Assembly (NCBI GenBank): GCA_963804995.1 | Contig: CAWDSK010000006.1 | Span: forward strand, 480,001-544,000 | Direction: 5' to 3' | DNA from: an uncultured Acidobacteriota bacterium | GTDB taxonomy: Bacteria > Acidobacteriota > Terriglobia > UBA7540 | DNA: 64,000 bases | Part shown: piece after piece, positions 52,992 through 63,348 of the stretch | How the letters are laid out: every line of letters starts with the position of its first letter | How positions within the stretch are numbered: the first letter of the stretch is position 1 | Made by a program: the position numbers and the translations under genes | The notes under the pieces: generated by a model | What the model was told of the DNA's origin: nothing | Seen by the model: the letters and a program-made list of their open reading frames with translations, nothing else | Database searches by the model: none

Positions 52992-54164
52992 TCAAGCCTT
53001 GATGAAGATCTTATTTCGATACATCCAGAACAGCATTAACCACTCGACAGCCAGAACCACCACAGCTCGGAGCAGGGGTCCGAGGTTTCCCGATGTCCCC
53101 ACCATTCCCTTCGTAAAGATGCTCACCCAATTATGCAAAGGGACAATGCTGCTGAACATGTAAATGAAAACCGCGTTGCTGCCGATTACGACCAAGGGCA
53201 GCGTCCATCCGCGGTGGCCGCGCACGTCGATCGCCCAGTAGAACAACAAGAACATCAGGCAGGCCCATCCCGCCGTCACCAGGCCGTAGCTGGTGGTCCA
53301 GATTTTCATGATGATCGGGACAAAGGGGCTTATCGCGTAGCCGGTGGCGAGACAAAGAAGGCCTGCGCCCGCAATCATCTTCACCTTGCTCTCTTTCGAT
53401 CGGGCGCTCATCAGCCATCCGCCGATCAGCAGGCCAAGAATCGTGGTCGATAGGGTGGGCAGGGTGCACAGTACTGTTCCCCAAGGTTCCGTCACGGGGT
53501 AGGTTCTTCCCAGGACCATGAGGTCAATGGACCTCACAAGGTTAACGCCCGGTTCGTAGCTTCCCGCCGGAACGCCGGACGCTGGCACGAGCGCCAGGAT
53601 TAAGGCATAGGCCACAAGAATCGAGGCGCCCACTGCCGCTTGAAAGCGCTGCGATTTCCGCACCAGCAAGAATGCCACGAGAGAAGCGATAGCGATAGGT
53701 TGCAAAGCGCTGCTGAGTTCGACCCAGTAGGGCGCGCCTTGGTTGATTGAGGTTCGAAGTGAACCCAGCAGGAAAAGGACGGCACAGCGCTGCACGGCAT
53801 GTACAAGCATCTGCGGATAGGTCTGGGTGCGCGAGCGCTTGGCGAATGATAGTGGCACCGAAACGCCCACCATCAGCATAAAGGACGGCCAGATGCAGTC
53901 ATAGAAACGCAAGCCCACCCAGGGTGTGTGGTTGAGCTCATAGACAAGAGCATTTAACAGGCCGTTCGGCTTAAGCGCCTGGAGCCCGACCGCCAGCGCC
54001 TCGCCCCCGATAATCCAAAACATAATGAAGCCGCGGAAGGTATCAAGCGAGACCAGCCGCCCTTGCCCCGGGGATGGGGTGGGAGCCGTTCTCCCCGGCT
54101 GCTCTGCCAGCGCGGGCGTGGCTTGTTCTTTTTCCACAATAACGTTAGGAAGATTGGTCGCCAT
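52992..54164 (-). CDS. HGSNAT/DUF5009-like membrane acyltransferase
   Basis: RLVSLDTFRG, PSFMLMVG, IWTTSY. Confidence 0.85.
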   Translation of the reverse strand: MATNLPNVIVEKEQATPALAEQPGRTAPTPSPGQGRLVSLDTFRGFIMFWIIGGEALAVGLQALKPNGLLNALVYELNHTPWVGLRFYDCIWPSFMLMVGVSVPLSFAKRSRTQTYPQMLVHAVQRCAVLFLLGSLRTSINQGAPYWVELSSALQPIAIASLVAFLLVRKSQRFQAAVGASILVAYALILALVPASGVPAGSYEPGVNLVRSIDLMVLGRTYPVTEPWGTVLCTLPTLSTTILGLLIGGWLMSARSKESKVKMIAGAGLLCLATGYAISPFVPIIMKIWTTSYGLVTAGWACLMFLLFYWAIDVRGHRGWTLPLVVIGSNAVFIYMFSSIVPLHNWVSIFTKGMVGTSGNLGPLLRAVVVLAVEWLMLFWMYRNKIFIKA

Positions 54165-54400
54165 GAGGGTACTCCCTTCTTTGCTTCGGACCCATAGCCG
54201 GGATTGGGCTGCCGGCTGTGAGTCAGACCCCAGGCCGAAGAGCTTTGCTCCACAGGCTTGACGGAGCCTCGGCACATGGTTACCTAATCCTGCGGGAAGT
54301 TCAATCGAATTAACTGGGAGTCCTCAGACTTAATCTGTTGCCTGCCATTACGTTGAGGTGTAACCTACTGCGGAACATTCCAAGTCAATGGGGGATATCG

Positions 54401-55826
54401 ATGCCAGTAGAAAAACCGGATGACGTGAAACACCTTGGTAAAGAAGTTTTAAAGAAGGGTTCGAGTGCCGCCGCTCTCGCGGGAATTACTTTTATTACGC
54501 AGCCCCAAAGGGTTTTCGGCGCCAATGACCGCGTGCGCGTGGGCATCTGCGGCTTGCGCGGGCAGGGATTCTTTCACGCCGAAAACTACGCCATGATACC
54601 GAATGTCGAAATTGCCGCCTTCTGCGACCCTGATGCGAACATCCTAAGCGGGCGCCTGGCTGACCTGGCTCTAATGGCGCTGCCGCAACCCAAGACCTTC
54701 AGCGACGTTCCGCAAGCTGCTTGACGACAAATCCATTGATTGCGTTTCCATCGCCACGCCCAACCACTGGCACTCGCTGATCGGGGTTTGGGCTTGCCAG
54801 GCAGGCAAAGATGTTTACGTTGAGAAGCCCGGTTCACATAACTGGTGGGACGGCCACCAGCTTGTGCGCGCTGCCCACAAGTATGACCGAATGGTGCAAC
54901 ACGGCGTCAACATGCGCGCGAGTGATTGCCTGCGCGAAGCCGTGCAGCAGCTTCGCGACGGGGTGATTGGCGACGTCTACATGGCGCGCGGCCTCTGTTA
55001 CAACTGGCGCGACACGATAGGCCACACTCCTGAAGAACCCGTTCCCGCGGGCGTGGAATACGATCTCTGGATGGGTCCCGCGCCGGTCAAGCCTTTCACC
55101 AGGAATCGCTTCCACTATAACTGGCACTGGCAGTGGGATTACGGCAACGGTGACATCGGCAATCAGGGCATCCATGAGCTCGATGTGGCGCGATGGGGAC
55201 TGGGCGTGGGCTTCCCCAACCGCGTTTCGGCGATGGGCGGCCACTTCATGTTTGACGACGACCAGGAAACTCCGAACACGCTTAACTGTGTGTGGGAGTA
55301 CGACCTGCCTGACGGCAAACGCAAGCTCCTGGAATTTGAAGTCCGCCATTGGATCACCAACCATGAAGCCGCTATCCGTACGGCAGGGTTTGGGCTGGAA
55401 ATACCAGGGTTCCTCGGTCCCCCTACGCCTGGACCCAAGCGGCGTCTGTTTGAAAACGGGATGGTGGGCGACATCTTTTACGGCTCCAAAGGCTACATGG
55501 CCACGACCGACTCCGGACCCTACCAGATCTACCGCACCTGGCTTGGCGAAACGCAGGAAAACGGTCCCACCGCCACGCACGGCGGGGGGAATAGTTGGGT
55601 TAATTTCATCGACTGCGTACGCAGCCGCAAGAAAGAAAACCTGCTATCGCCCATCGATGAAGGGCACATTTCCTGCACGCTCGTGCACCTGGCCAACGCG
55701 TCTTACCGGCTGGGCCGGAGCCTCCGCTTCGACCCCTCGACCGAGCAGGTCATCGGCGACGAGGAAGCCAGTAAGCTGTTGCGAGGCGCTTATCGCGAGC
55801 CTTTTGTGGTTCGCGAAGAAGTTTAG
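54401..55826 (+). CDS. Gfo/Idh/MocA oxidoreductase, frameshift near 54708
   Basis: GANDRVRVG, then ATPNHWH..DVYVEKP in the next frame; GDIGNQGIH. Confidence 0.85.
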
Positions 55827-56147
55827 GTTTAGCTTCCACCTTTCGCCGTCATACTCAGGTCGCCAGGGCGGACCTAAACTTTCTCACCGGTCAGAAATCC
55901 GCGTAAGGGGAGAGCTGCCTCGAAGGAACTCAGGCACATGTTGAATCGATATCAGCAGAAAATAGATGTCGCGACACGCGGCGTCCTGTTCACCTGTGTG
56001 TTGCTCTGCCTCATGACTTGGCCAGATCGCCGGGCCTTCTTCAAGCATCCCGAGACCCTCTAAAGCGAACTGTTAAGCTACAATGGGAGCCTGTCCAACG
56101 TTCCACCTGCGGAACCGTGAACCCGCGGGGGGCAATGGCAAGCGCCC

Positions 56148-57245
56148 ATGCACATTCCCGATGGCTACCTCAGCCCGTCCACCTGCGTCGTTATGTACGG
56201 CGCCTCCACGCCGTTCTGGTACGTCGCCTTGAGACGCATGAAGAAGTTGCTGGCCACGCGTCTGGTTCCCCTTCTTTCAGTGGTCGCAGCGTTTTCCTTC
56301 GTCATAATGATGTTCAATCTACCTTTGCCCGGCGGCACCACCGGCCACGCCGTGGGTGTAGGAATCGCCACGATTATTCTGGGACCGTGGGCATCGATCC
56401 TGGCGCTTTCGACGGCCTTGCTGATCCAGGCAGTTTTTTTTGGAGATGGCGGAATCACCACGCTCGGCGCCAACTGCTTCAACATGGCGATTGTCGGGTC
56501 TCTTGTGGCCTATGCTGTTTACCGAATCACCGCTGGCCGCACAGCCCTGACCTCCCCGCGCCGAGTGGCGGCGGCGGGTTTGGCAGGATACATCGCCATT
56601 AACGCTTCGGCCTTATGCGCCGCGGTGGAGTTCGGCATTCAGCCCCTGTGGTTCAAAGACCCGAGCGGAGCACCCCTCTACGCTCCTTACTCTCTGAGCA
56701 TCGCGATTCCCGCCATGATGCTTGGGCACCTTACTCTGGCCGGAATTGCCGAACTTTTTCTTTCCGCGGGAGTAGTGGCCTACTTTCAAAGGACCAACCC
56801 TTCCCTGCTGAGGCTCACGGCTCCGGGAGCATCGGCCGCTGACGACTCGCTTGGTTTCGCTGCCGGCCAAAGTACGTGGCGCGCTATACGGCCTCTTTGG
56901 ACGGCGCTCGCCCTACTGCTGGTTTTAACCCCGCTGGGGATTTTGGCGGCGGGAACGGCCTGGGGGGAGTGGAGCGCGCGAGACCTTGCCGATCCGCACT
57001 CGCGTCAGATGATCACGGCGGCGTCCGGAAATGCCGCGCTGCCCCTCCAGGCGCCTCAAGGCCTCGAGCGCCTTTACTCTGTGTGGACGGCGCCCTTCCC
57101 CCAGTATGCTCCGGCGTTTGTCCGGCGGCCTGCGGTGGGCTATGCACTTTCCGCCATGTTCGGCTCGGGGCTGATTATTTTGGTTTTTCTGGTCGCGGGC
57201 ACTCTGGCCACGCGCAGCAGAGTGGGATCGAGCGGGGCGGATTAA
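56148..57245 (+). CDS. cbiM: Ni/Co ECF S component with a fused C-terminal domain (NikMN/CbiM-like)
   Basis: MHIPDG, GTTGH, FFGDGG. Confidence 0.88.
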   Translation: MHIPDGYLSPSTCVVMYGASTPFWYVALRRMKKLLATRLVPLLSVVAAFSFVIMMFNLPLPGGTTGHAVGVGIATIILGPWASILALSTALLIQAVFFGDGGITTLGANCFNMAIVGSLVAYAVYRITAGRTALTSPRRVAAAGLAGYIAINASALCAAVEFGIQPLWFKDPSGAPLYAPYSLSIAIPAMMLGHLTLAGIAELFLSAGVVAYFQRTNPSLLRLTAPGASAADDSLGFAAGQSTWRAIRPLWTALALLLVLTPLGILAAGTAWGEWSARDLADPHSRQMITAASGNAALPLQAPQGLERLYSVWTAPFPQYAPAFVRRPAVGYALSAMFGSGLIILVFLVAGTLATRSRVGSSGAD

Positions 57246-57263
57246 GCTGGACACAATAATCCC

Positions 57264-58073
57264 ATGAATTTTCTTGAGCGCACCCTGTCGAGTTTCGTCC
57301 AGGCCCTGGAGCGTGCCCTCTACGCCGAGGAACTCGCGAAAGTGAAAGGCCTGCTTCAGCGGCTCGATCCGCGCGTCAAGGTCATTGGCATCCTGGGATT
57401 GATTGTTGCCGCCGCCATGGCCCGGAAGCTCTGGGTCATCGGTGCGGTATTTGTGATTGCGCTTATCCTGGCCATTTCCTCCCGCGTACCCCTTGCGATC
57501 CTCACCCAGCGGGTTTGGATTCCCGTACTCTTGTTCACAGGAGTCATCGCCCTGCCTGCGCCGTTCGTGATACCTGGCCGCGAGGTCTGGCGCCTTCCCT
57601 GGCTGGGTTGGCCCGTAACGGTCCAGGGATTCACCAGCGCCGCTTATCTCGTGACGCGGGTTGAAACCGCGGCAACACTATCAGTCCTTCTCATCCTCTC
57701 GACACCCTGGAGTCATGTACTCAAGGCGCTGCGCGTACTTCGCGTGCCGGTCGTCGTTGTGGCAATACTGGGCATGGCCTACCGCTATATCTTCTTGCTG
57801 CTCGAAAGCGCTCACGATATGTTGGAATCGCGCCGCAGCCGTATGGTGGGCAATCTGGAAGGACCGGAGCGCCGCCGCGTTGCCGCCGCAAGTGTGGGAG
57901 TCCTGATGTCCAAGACGCTGCAACTAAGCGGTGACGTCTATAGCGCCATGCTGGCCAGGGGATTTCGTGGCGAGGTCTATGTGCTGGATGACTTCAAAAC
58001 CGCCGCACTCGATTGGATCATGCTGGCCGTTTTCGTGACCCTGGCGGCAGGCGCGTTTTATTGGGGGAGATGA
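57264..58073 (+). CDS. cbiQ: ECF T component
   Basis: LDPRVK, YRYIF, RRSR, AMLARGF. Confidence 0.9.
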   Translation: MNFLERTLSSFVQALERALYAEELAKVKGLLQRLDPRVKVIGILGLIVAAAMARKLWVIGAVFVIALILAISSRVPLAILTQRVWIPVLLFTGVIALPAPFVIPGREVWRLPWLGWPVTVQGFTSAAYLVTRVETAATLSVLLILSTPWSHVLKALRVLRVPVVVVAILGMAYRYIFLLLESAHDMLESRRSRMVGNLEGPERRRVAAASVGVLMSKTLQLSGDVYSAMLARGFRGEVYVLDDFKTAALDWIMLAVFVTLAAGAFYWGR

Positions 58074-58212
58074 GGCGATTTTAGATTTTGGATTTTAGAT
58101 TTTGGATTGAAGCAGAGCTGCCAGGGGAGCGCGCTCATCAGAAATTTGAAATTGAAAAACGAAAGATCTAAGATCCAAAGCCGAAATCGAAAATCCAGAT
58201 TCCAGAAATCCT

Positions 58213-59017
58213 ATGCCAGTTCCAGTCTTTGACGTTCGCGAGATCACATTCCGTTATCACCAAGTCACCGCGCTCGAACAACTTGAGCCTGGCGGTCGCT
58301 CCCGGCCAGCGCGTGGCTCTGCTGGGGGCCAACGGCTCCGGTAAATCCACGCTACTGCGCATTCTCGATGGACTGGCCTTTCCGGAAAAGGGTAGAGTCA
58401 CGTTCTGCGGGGGGGCGCTCACTGAAGAACGCCTGCAGAATTCTGACTTCGTCTACGATTTTCGCCGCCGCGTGGGGCTGGTCTTCCAGAATCCGGACGT
58501 TCAGCTCTTTTCGCCTACGGTGTTTGATGAAGTGGCCTTCGGTCCCTTGCAGCTTGCATGGCCCAAGGAAAAGGTCCGAGCTCAGGTTGAGCAGATGCTG
58601 GAGGTGATGAAGATCTCCCATCTCAAAGATCGCTCGCCGCATCACCTTTCAACGGGAGAGAAGAAGCACGTCACGCTTGCCTCCGTGCTGGTGTTGGATC
58701 CGGAAGTGCTGCTGCTTGACGAGCCCACTGCCGCTCTCGACCCCAAGAGTGCGAGCCAGATCATCGATTTCCTGATTGGTCTCAGGGGCGGCCCGAAGAC
58801 TGTGGTCACGACGACGCACGACCTCGATATCGTGGAGGACGTTGCCGATCATTGCTTCGTTTTCCAAAGCGGGCGCGTGGTCGCTGCAGGCGCGCCCGGG
58901 GAAATTTTGCGTGAAACTGCTTTGCTCGAGCAAACCAATCTCGTCCATGCGCACCGGCACATTCATCCTTCGGGAGAAGTTCACACGCATCCGCATTTGC
59001 ACTCCCATAAACATTGA
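58213..59017 (+). CDS. cbiO: ECF ATPase with a His-rich tail; frameshift near 58277
   Basis: GANGSGKST, FQNPD, LSTGEK, DEPT. Confidence 0.88.
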
Positions 59018-59241
59018 CAACCCGCTATAAGCCCTTATAAACCATTACAGACCCTACTACGGGCGCTTGCGGGGAAAATGGTAAATTTGTCTGTTTCTGG
59101 GGTGCAGCAAAAAAATGACAAATCTCCCGCGCAATTCGCTCCAAACGTAAATATAATCTGCAACCGGCGGTTGTGTGCCCGGTGAGGTGGCAAGCAACCG
59201 AGGGAGCGGCCGCCAAGCAATGATAATGGGGAGGAGACTTC

Positions 59242-60558
59242 ATGGATAACGATACTCTGAATATTTTGGACAAGCGGACGAACACGACTTATGAAGTGCC
59301 GTTTCACAAGGGCACCATACGCGCCATGGATTTGCGGAAGATTAAAACCGGGCCCGAGGATTTCGGCCTGATGACTTACGACCCGGCGTTCATGAACACG
59401 GCTTCGTGTCACAGCGCCATTACTTTCATCGACGGCGACAAAGGCATTCTGCGCTACCGCGGGTATCCCATCGAGCAACTCGCGGAGAAGTGTACGTTCC
59501 TTGAGGTCGCATATCTGCTTCTCGCTGGTGAGTTGCCTACGTCCTCCCAATTAAAGGACTGGGTCAACAATGTCACTCACCACACCATGTTGCACGAGAC
59601 GACCAAGAAGTTTCTGGAGGGTTTCCGTTACAACGCCCACCCCATGGGAATGTTCATCAGCACTGTCGCGGCGCTCTCCACGGTTTATCCGGAAGCCCGG
59701 GATGTGCATGACGCCGCCACGCGGCAACTCCAGATTTTTCGCCTGATCGGCAAAGTTCCCACCATCGCCGCTTACACGTACCGCCACGGCCTGGGCTTCC
59801 CCTACGTCTATCCCGACAACGACCTGAGCTATGCCGAAAACTTCATGAACATGTTGTGGAGGATGGCGGAGCCCAAGTACGTGGCCAATCCCGCCCTGGC
59901 GCGCGCGCTCGACATCCTCTTCATCCTGCACGCCGACCACGAGCAGAATTGCAGCGCCAACGTGATGCGTTCGGTGGGCAGTTCCCAGGCCGACCCGTTT
60001 GTGTCGACGGCTGCGGCGGCGGCAGCGCTCTCCGGCCCCTTGCACGGCGGCGCCAATGAAGAAGTGCTGAAAATGCTTGACGAGATCGGATCGAAGGACA
60101 AGGTGCCGGCTTACATTGAAAGCATCAAAGCGGGCAAGGGAAAGTTGATGGGCTTCGGCCACCGCGTCTACAAGAACTACGATCCCCGCGCGCGCATCAT
60201 CAAGCAGGCCGCCGAAGAAGTCTTCGAGGTCACCGGCAAGAATCCCAAGCTCGAAATCGCCCTGGAACTGGAACGCATCGCGCTGCAAGACGATTACTTC
60301 GTCAAGCGCAAGCTCTATCCCAACGTGGATTTCTACTCCGGCATCATCTACCAGGCCATGGGATTCCAGCCGGAAATGTTTACGGTGCTGTTTGCCATTC
60401 CGCGTACGGCCGGATGGCTGGCGCAATGGCAGGAAATGATCCAGGACCCCGAACAGAAAATTGCCCGCCCACGCCAGATTTACACCGGCTACGACGAGCG
60501 GAATGTTGTTCCCATGGAGAAGCGCGGGGAGGCGAAGGAAGCAGGCAGTGGGCGGTAA
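59242..60558 (+). CDS. gltA: Citrate synthase
   Basis: LHADHEQN, GPLHGGAN, GFGHRVY, YPNVDFYSG. Confidence 0.96.
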   Translation: MDNDTLNILDKRTNTTYEVPFHKGTIRAMDLRKIKTGPEDFGLMTYDPAFMNTASCHSAITFIDGDKGILRYRGYPIEQLAEKCTFLEVAYLLLAGELPTSSQLKDWVNNVTHHTMLHETTKKFLEGFRYNAHPMGMFISTVAALSTVYPEARDVHDAATRQLQIFRLIGKVPTIAAYTYRHGLGFPYVYPDNDLSYAENFMNMLWRMAEPKYVANPALARALDILFILHADHEQNCSANVMRSVGSSQADPFVSTAAAAAALSGPLHGGANEEVLKMLDEIGSKDKVPAYIESIKAGKGKLMGFGHRVYKNYDPRARIIKQAAEEVFEVTGKNPKLEIALELERIALQDDYFVKRKLYPNVDFYSGIIYQAMGFQPEMFTVLFAIPRTAGWLAQWQEMIQDPEQKIARPRQIYTGYDERNVVPMEKRGEAKEAGSGR

Positions 60559-60725
60559 GCAGAAAGCAGAAGGCAGAAAGCAGAAGGCGGTAGGCAGCGA
60601 GCGGCGTGTGCGAGTCCCGACGCCATCGGGATGGGCGGCAGGCAGTGATTGTAGCGCGGACCCCCGTCGTTGGGGTCCGCGGCTCTTCCGTTGACGCCTT
60701 CGATCATGCGGCAACAGGAGAGTTG

Positions 60726-61001
60726 GTAGCCACGGTCAGCGTTTTTCTGACCGTGGGTTCTTCCCTTGATGACGAGGGCATAGCACGCAGGGACAGTTCA
60801 ACCCCGAGCGGAAGCGGCGGGTGAGGCGGGGGTAGCCACGGTTAACGATTTTCTGACCGTGGGTTCTTCTGGTGGTGGTCGGGTTACAGCAAACTTACTT
60901 TGGACAGGGCAACGGTAGCCGCGTGTTCCATCCAGATTGACGACCTGCCGCTGGAGCATCGGGCATGAGAAAAGCCCACGGTCAGAAAAACGCTGACCGT
61001 G
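60726..61001. repeat. GTAG-REP (GTAGCCACGGTCAG..CTGACCGTGGG) plus a REPIN-like doublet, interrupted at 61001 by the IS
   Basis: Copies at 60726, 60832, 60972 (inverted), 63806 and 63953. Confidence 0.85.
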
Positions 61002-61078
61002 ATGTTATGAAACGGCGATGCCTCCTCGGGTCCAGGTAGACTGGACCTGGGAAAGAAATTCAACGAGGAGGCAAGACG

Positions 61079-62119
61079 ATGATACCGGTTGCGTCGGACG
61101 TTCACAAGGGACGTTGTTGGATGGCGATGATTCCGCCCGGGGAAGACGTAAAAATGCTGGAGCCGATCGAGTGCACGCGGGAAGCGTGGCGGCAGCGCTT
61201 GGCGGAGCTGCCGCCGGATGCGGAGATCGCTCTGGAAGTTTCCACCAGCGGTTATTTTGTGATGAGTGTGCTGGAAGAGGCGGGGTGGCGGGATCGGGCG
61301 CACTGGGTGCACACGGCGGGGATCGACAGCTTGCGCAAGCAGAAGTCGGACCGGCTGGACACTCGGCGCTTGGTGAAGAAACTGGCGGTGCACGACGTGG
61401 AGCCGCTACCGGAGGCTTGGTTTCCGCCCCCTTCCATCCGGGAATTACGCCTGCTGGCGCGGCAGCGGTGCGGCCTGGCGCGGCTGCGGGCCCAGACGAA
61501 GAACCGCGTCAATAGCCTGCTGGAGATGCACGGGCTGCGACCGCAGCGGTGCGTCTTCACCGCCAAGGGGCGAGCCTGGATCCAGCAGCAAGCGCTCTCG
61601 TCGGCGGCGCAGTTGTGTTTCGAGCGGATGTTTCGCCTGTACGATTTTCTCAGCGCCGAGCGCGAAACCAGCGAGGCGGAACTGCTGGCGGCCGCCGCGG
61701 CTTTCCCCCAGGTGGCGCTCCTGCAGACCATCCCCGGCCTCGGGCACATGCTGGCGGCGGTCATCTGGAGCGAGATCGGAGACCTGGCGCGTTTCGACTC
61801 CGCCGACGCGCTGTTGAACTATACCGGCTTGGTGCCCAGTTCCTACGATAGTGGCGAGGTTTCGATTCATGGTCCGATCACCCGCCAAGGTCCGGTCTGG
61901 TTGCGCTGGGCCTTGATCACCGCCGCCAACGCCCTGACGCGCAGCAAGAGCCCGCTCGGCCAGCGTTACTGGCACCTGCGGCGCTGCCACAAGCACCCCA
62001 ATGTGGCCAAGACGGCGGTGGCGGGTTCGGTCGCCCGCTGCGTTTACGGAGTTTTGAAACACGGAGCACCTTTCCAGGCCGAACGTTGGGGCCGGAGAGC
62101 CGGCAAGCTGGGGCAGTAA
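61079..62119 (+). CDS. IS110-family DEDD recombinase/transposase
   Basis: SDVHK, ALEVST, KSDRLD; TIPGLG; GLVPSSYDSG. Confidence 0.93.
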   Translation: MIPVASDVHKGRCWMAMIPPGEDVKMLEPIECTREAWRQRLAELPPDAEIALEVSTSGYFVMSVLEEAGWRDRAHWVHTAGIDSLRKQKSDRLDTRRLVKKLAVHDVEPLPEAWFPPPSIRELRLLARQRCGLARLRAQTKNRVNSLLEMHGLRPQRCVFTAKGRAWIQQQALSSAAQLCFERMFRLYDFLSAERETSEAELLAAAAAFPQVALLQTIPGLGHMLAAVIWSEIGDLARFDSADALLNYTGLVPSSYDSGEVSIHGPITRQGPVWLRWALITAANALTRSKSPLGQRYWHLRRCHKHPNVAKTAVAGSVARCVYGVLKHGAPFQAERWGRRAGKLGQ

Positions 62120-62275
62120 GCCTGAGGTAGCCATGGGGAAACCAAACCCGAACCGTGATGAGGAACTGCCCCTCGAACAACAGACTGAGGCCTGCGGGAG
62201 ACCCCCGCAGTGATCCTGTAGAGATGACTGGAATCGGCGCATCCGCCGGCGACATCGTGGCAAGCGACAAGCGCC
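62120..62275 (+). ncRNA. Putative bridge/seek RNA of the IS1111 element (ends approximate)
   Basis: Segments matching the target and the donor junction, each pair separated by a hairpin. Confidence 0.7.
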
Positions 62276-62734
62276 CACGTCCTGGGCTCCGAGTTTCAGA
62301 AAGGGCCGAGCGAGAATTCTTCTCCTCGGCCGCGGTCGGGGGTGCGTGGCCTGGGGATTTCTCTTGGGCCACCGCACCACCGGCAGGCCAGGGTGAGAAC
62401 CTGGCCCTACCCCAGGGAGGTGTTTTAACTTAGCCGTGCAAGTTTCGGAGTGGCGAACTCGGCGAGGATCGTAATCGGCCGGGCGTTTTCTCAGGCATGG
62501 GGAAGCTATCGTAACCACCAGGAGGAGGAGCGATCATCCCATCGCCCCCCTGCTCGTCGTTACGATGAGCCTCCCACCGGCTATTCCTCGGCGGGTTGCT
62601 CGCCAGCAGAGCCCGCTTCCGCTTCGCCGGCTGACTGCCATTCTGAAACTAGGTGCAGACTTCTGTCAATCGGCACCTAAAATCCGCTTGACACGGCATC
62701 GCGGTTTCAGAGATGGCTACCCGCTGACGACGCA

Positions 62735-63304
62735 ATGTGGTTTGATGACCGGATCAAGCAATTTCAAAACGTTGCAGCGAAGTACGTGGATACCCCAAAC
62801 GCCCACACAAAGTGGTTAACCAACCAAATATCCGCGTGGCTCTTGCGACCCTGGACCGAAATACTCCGTCAGGGTGGGACTCAGTCATTTTTGACGGAGC
62901 GCCCTGGATTTGTGACTGACTTTATCAGAGGAATAGGATGGAAGAAGCCCTGGCGCTCGGTCGTACCGTTCTGTATTTCCGCTCTCCTGCTTCTCCTGTC
63001 GGTCGCGCTTGTCATTGGCTGCTATCTATTCTTCACGCCAACGGCAGCTTACGGCGCGGCTGGTATCAGCGGGCTTCTTTACGCGCGTCGGTACGTTCAG
63101 GCCCGCGATTTCAGGAAAGAGCGCGCGCGAGTCACCCGTTTGTGGCGCAAGGTTTCCGAGTTGCACAATGAGGTCGAAAACGGCAAGTACAACGCTGGCG
63201 AAGTCATCAGACGTTTCAGAGAAGTTGAAGTTGATGACTTGCGCCTCCCATCAATTTTCGTGAGCGTCATTGCGTTGTCGGAAGTGCACCCGCCAAGCGA
63301 ATAG
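62735..63304 (+). CDS. Hypothetical 2-TM protein, possibly 5'-incomplete
   Basis: 189-aa ORF with a hydrophobic core and no clear RBS. Confidence 0.55.
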   Translation: MWFDDRIKQFQNVAAKYVDTPNAHTKWLTNQISAWLLRPWTEILRQGGTQSFLTERPGFVTDFIRGIGWKKPWRSVVPFCISALLLLLSVALVIGCYLFFTPTAAYGAAGISGLLYARRYVQARDFRKERARVTRLWRKVSELHNEVENGKYNAGEVIRRFREVEVDDLRLPSIFVSVIALSEVHPPSE

Positions 63305-63348
63305 CGGCCCCTCAAAACCGGCGCGTCTCAGGACCATTTGGAGCAATC

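Larger units (their letters stand above)
61002..62715 (+). mobile_element. IS110-family, IS1111-type element
   Basis: Subterminal IRs TGAAACGGCGATGCC (61008) and GGCATCGCGGTTTCA (62695). Removal restores the REP CTGACCGTG|GCTAC with a TG core. Confidence 0.9.

Noticed and set aside
55830..56147. Cobalamin or NiCo riboswitch upstream of cbiM
   Set aside because: Conserved core motifs could not be identified by eye.
62450..62680. 76-aa ORF in the IS right end
   Set aside because: Low complexity with no recognisable domain; more likely non-coding.
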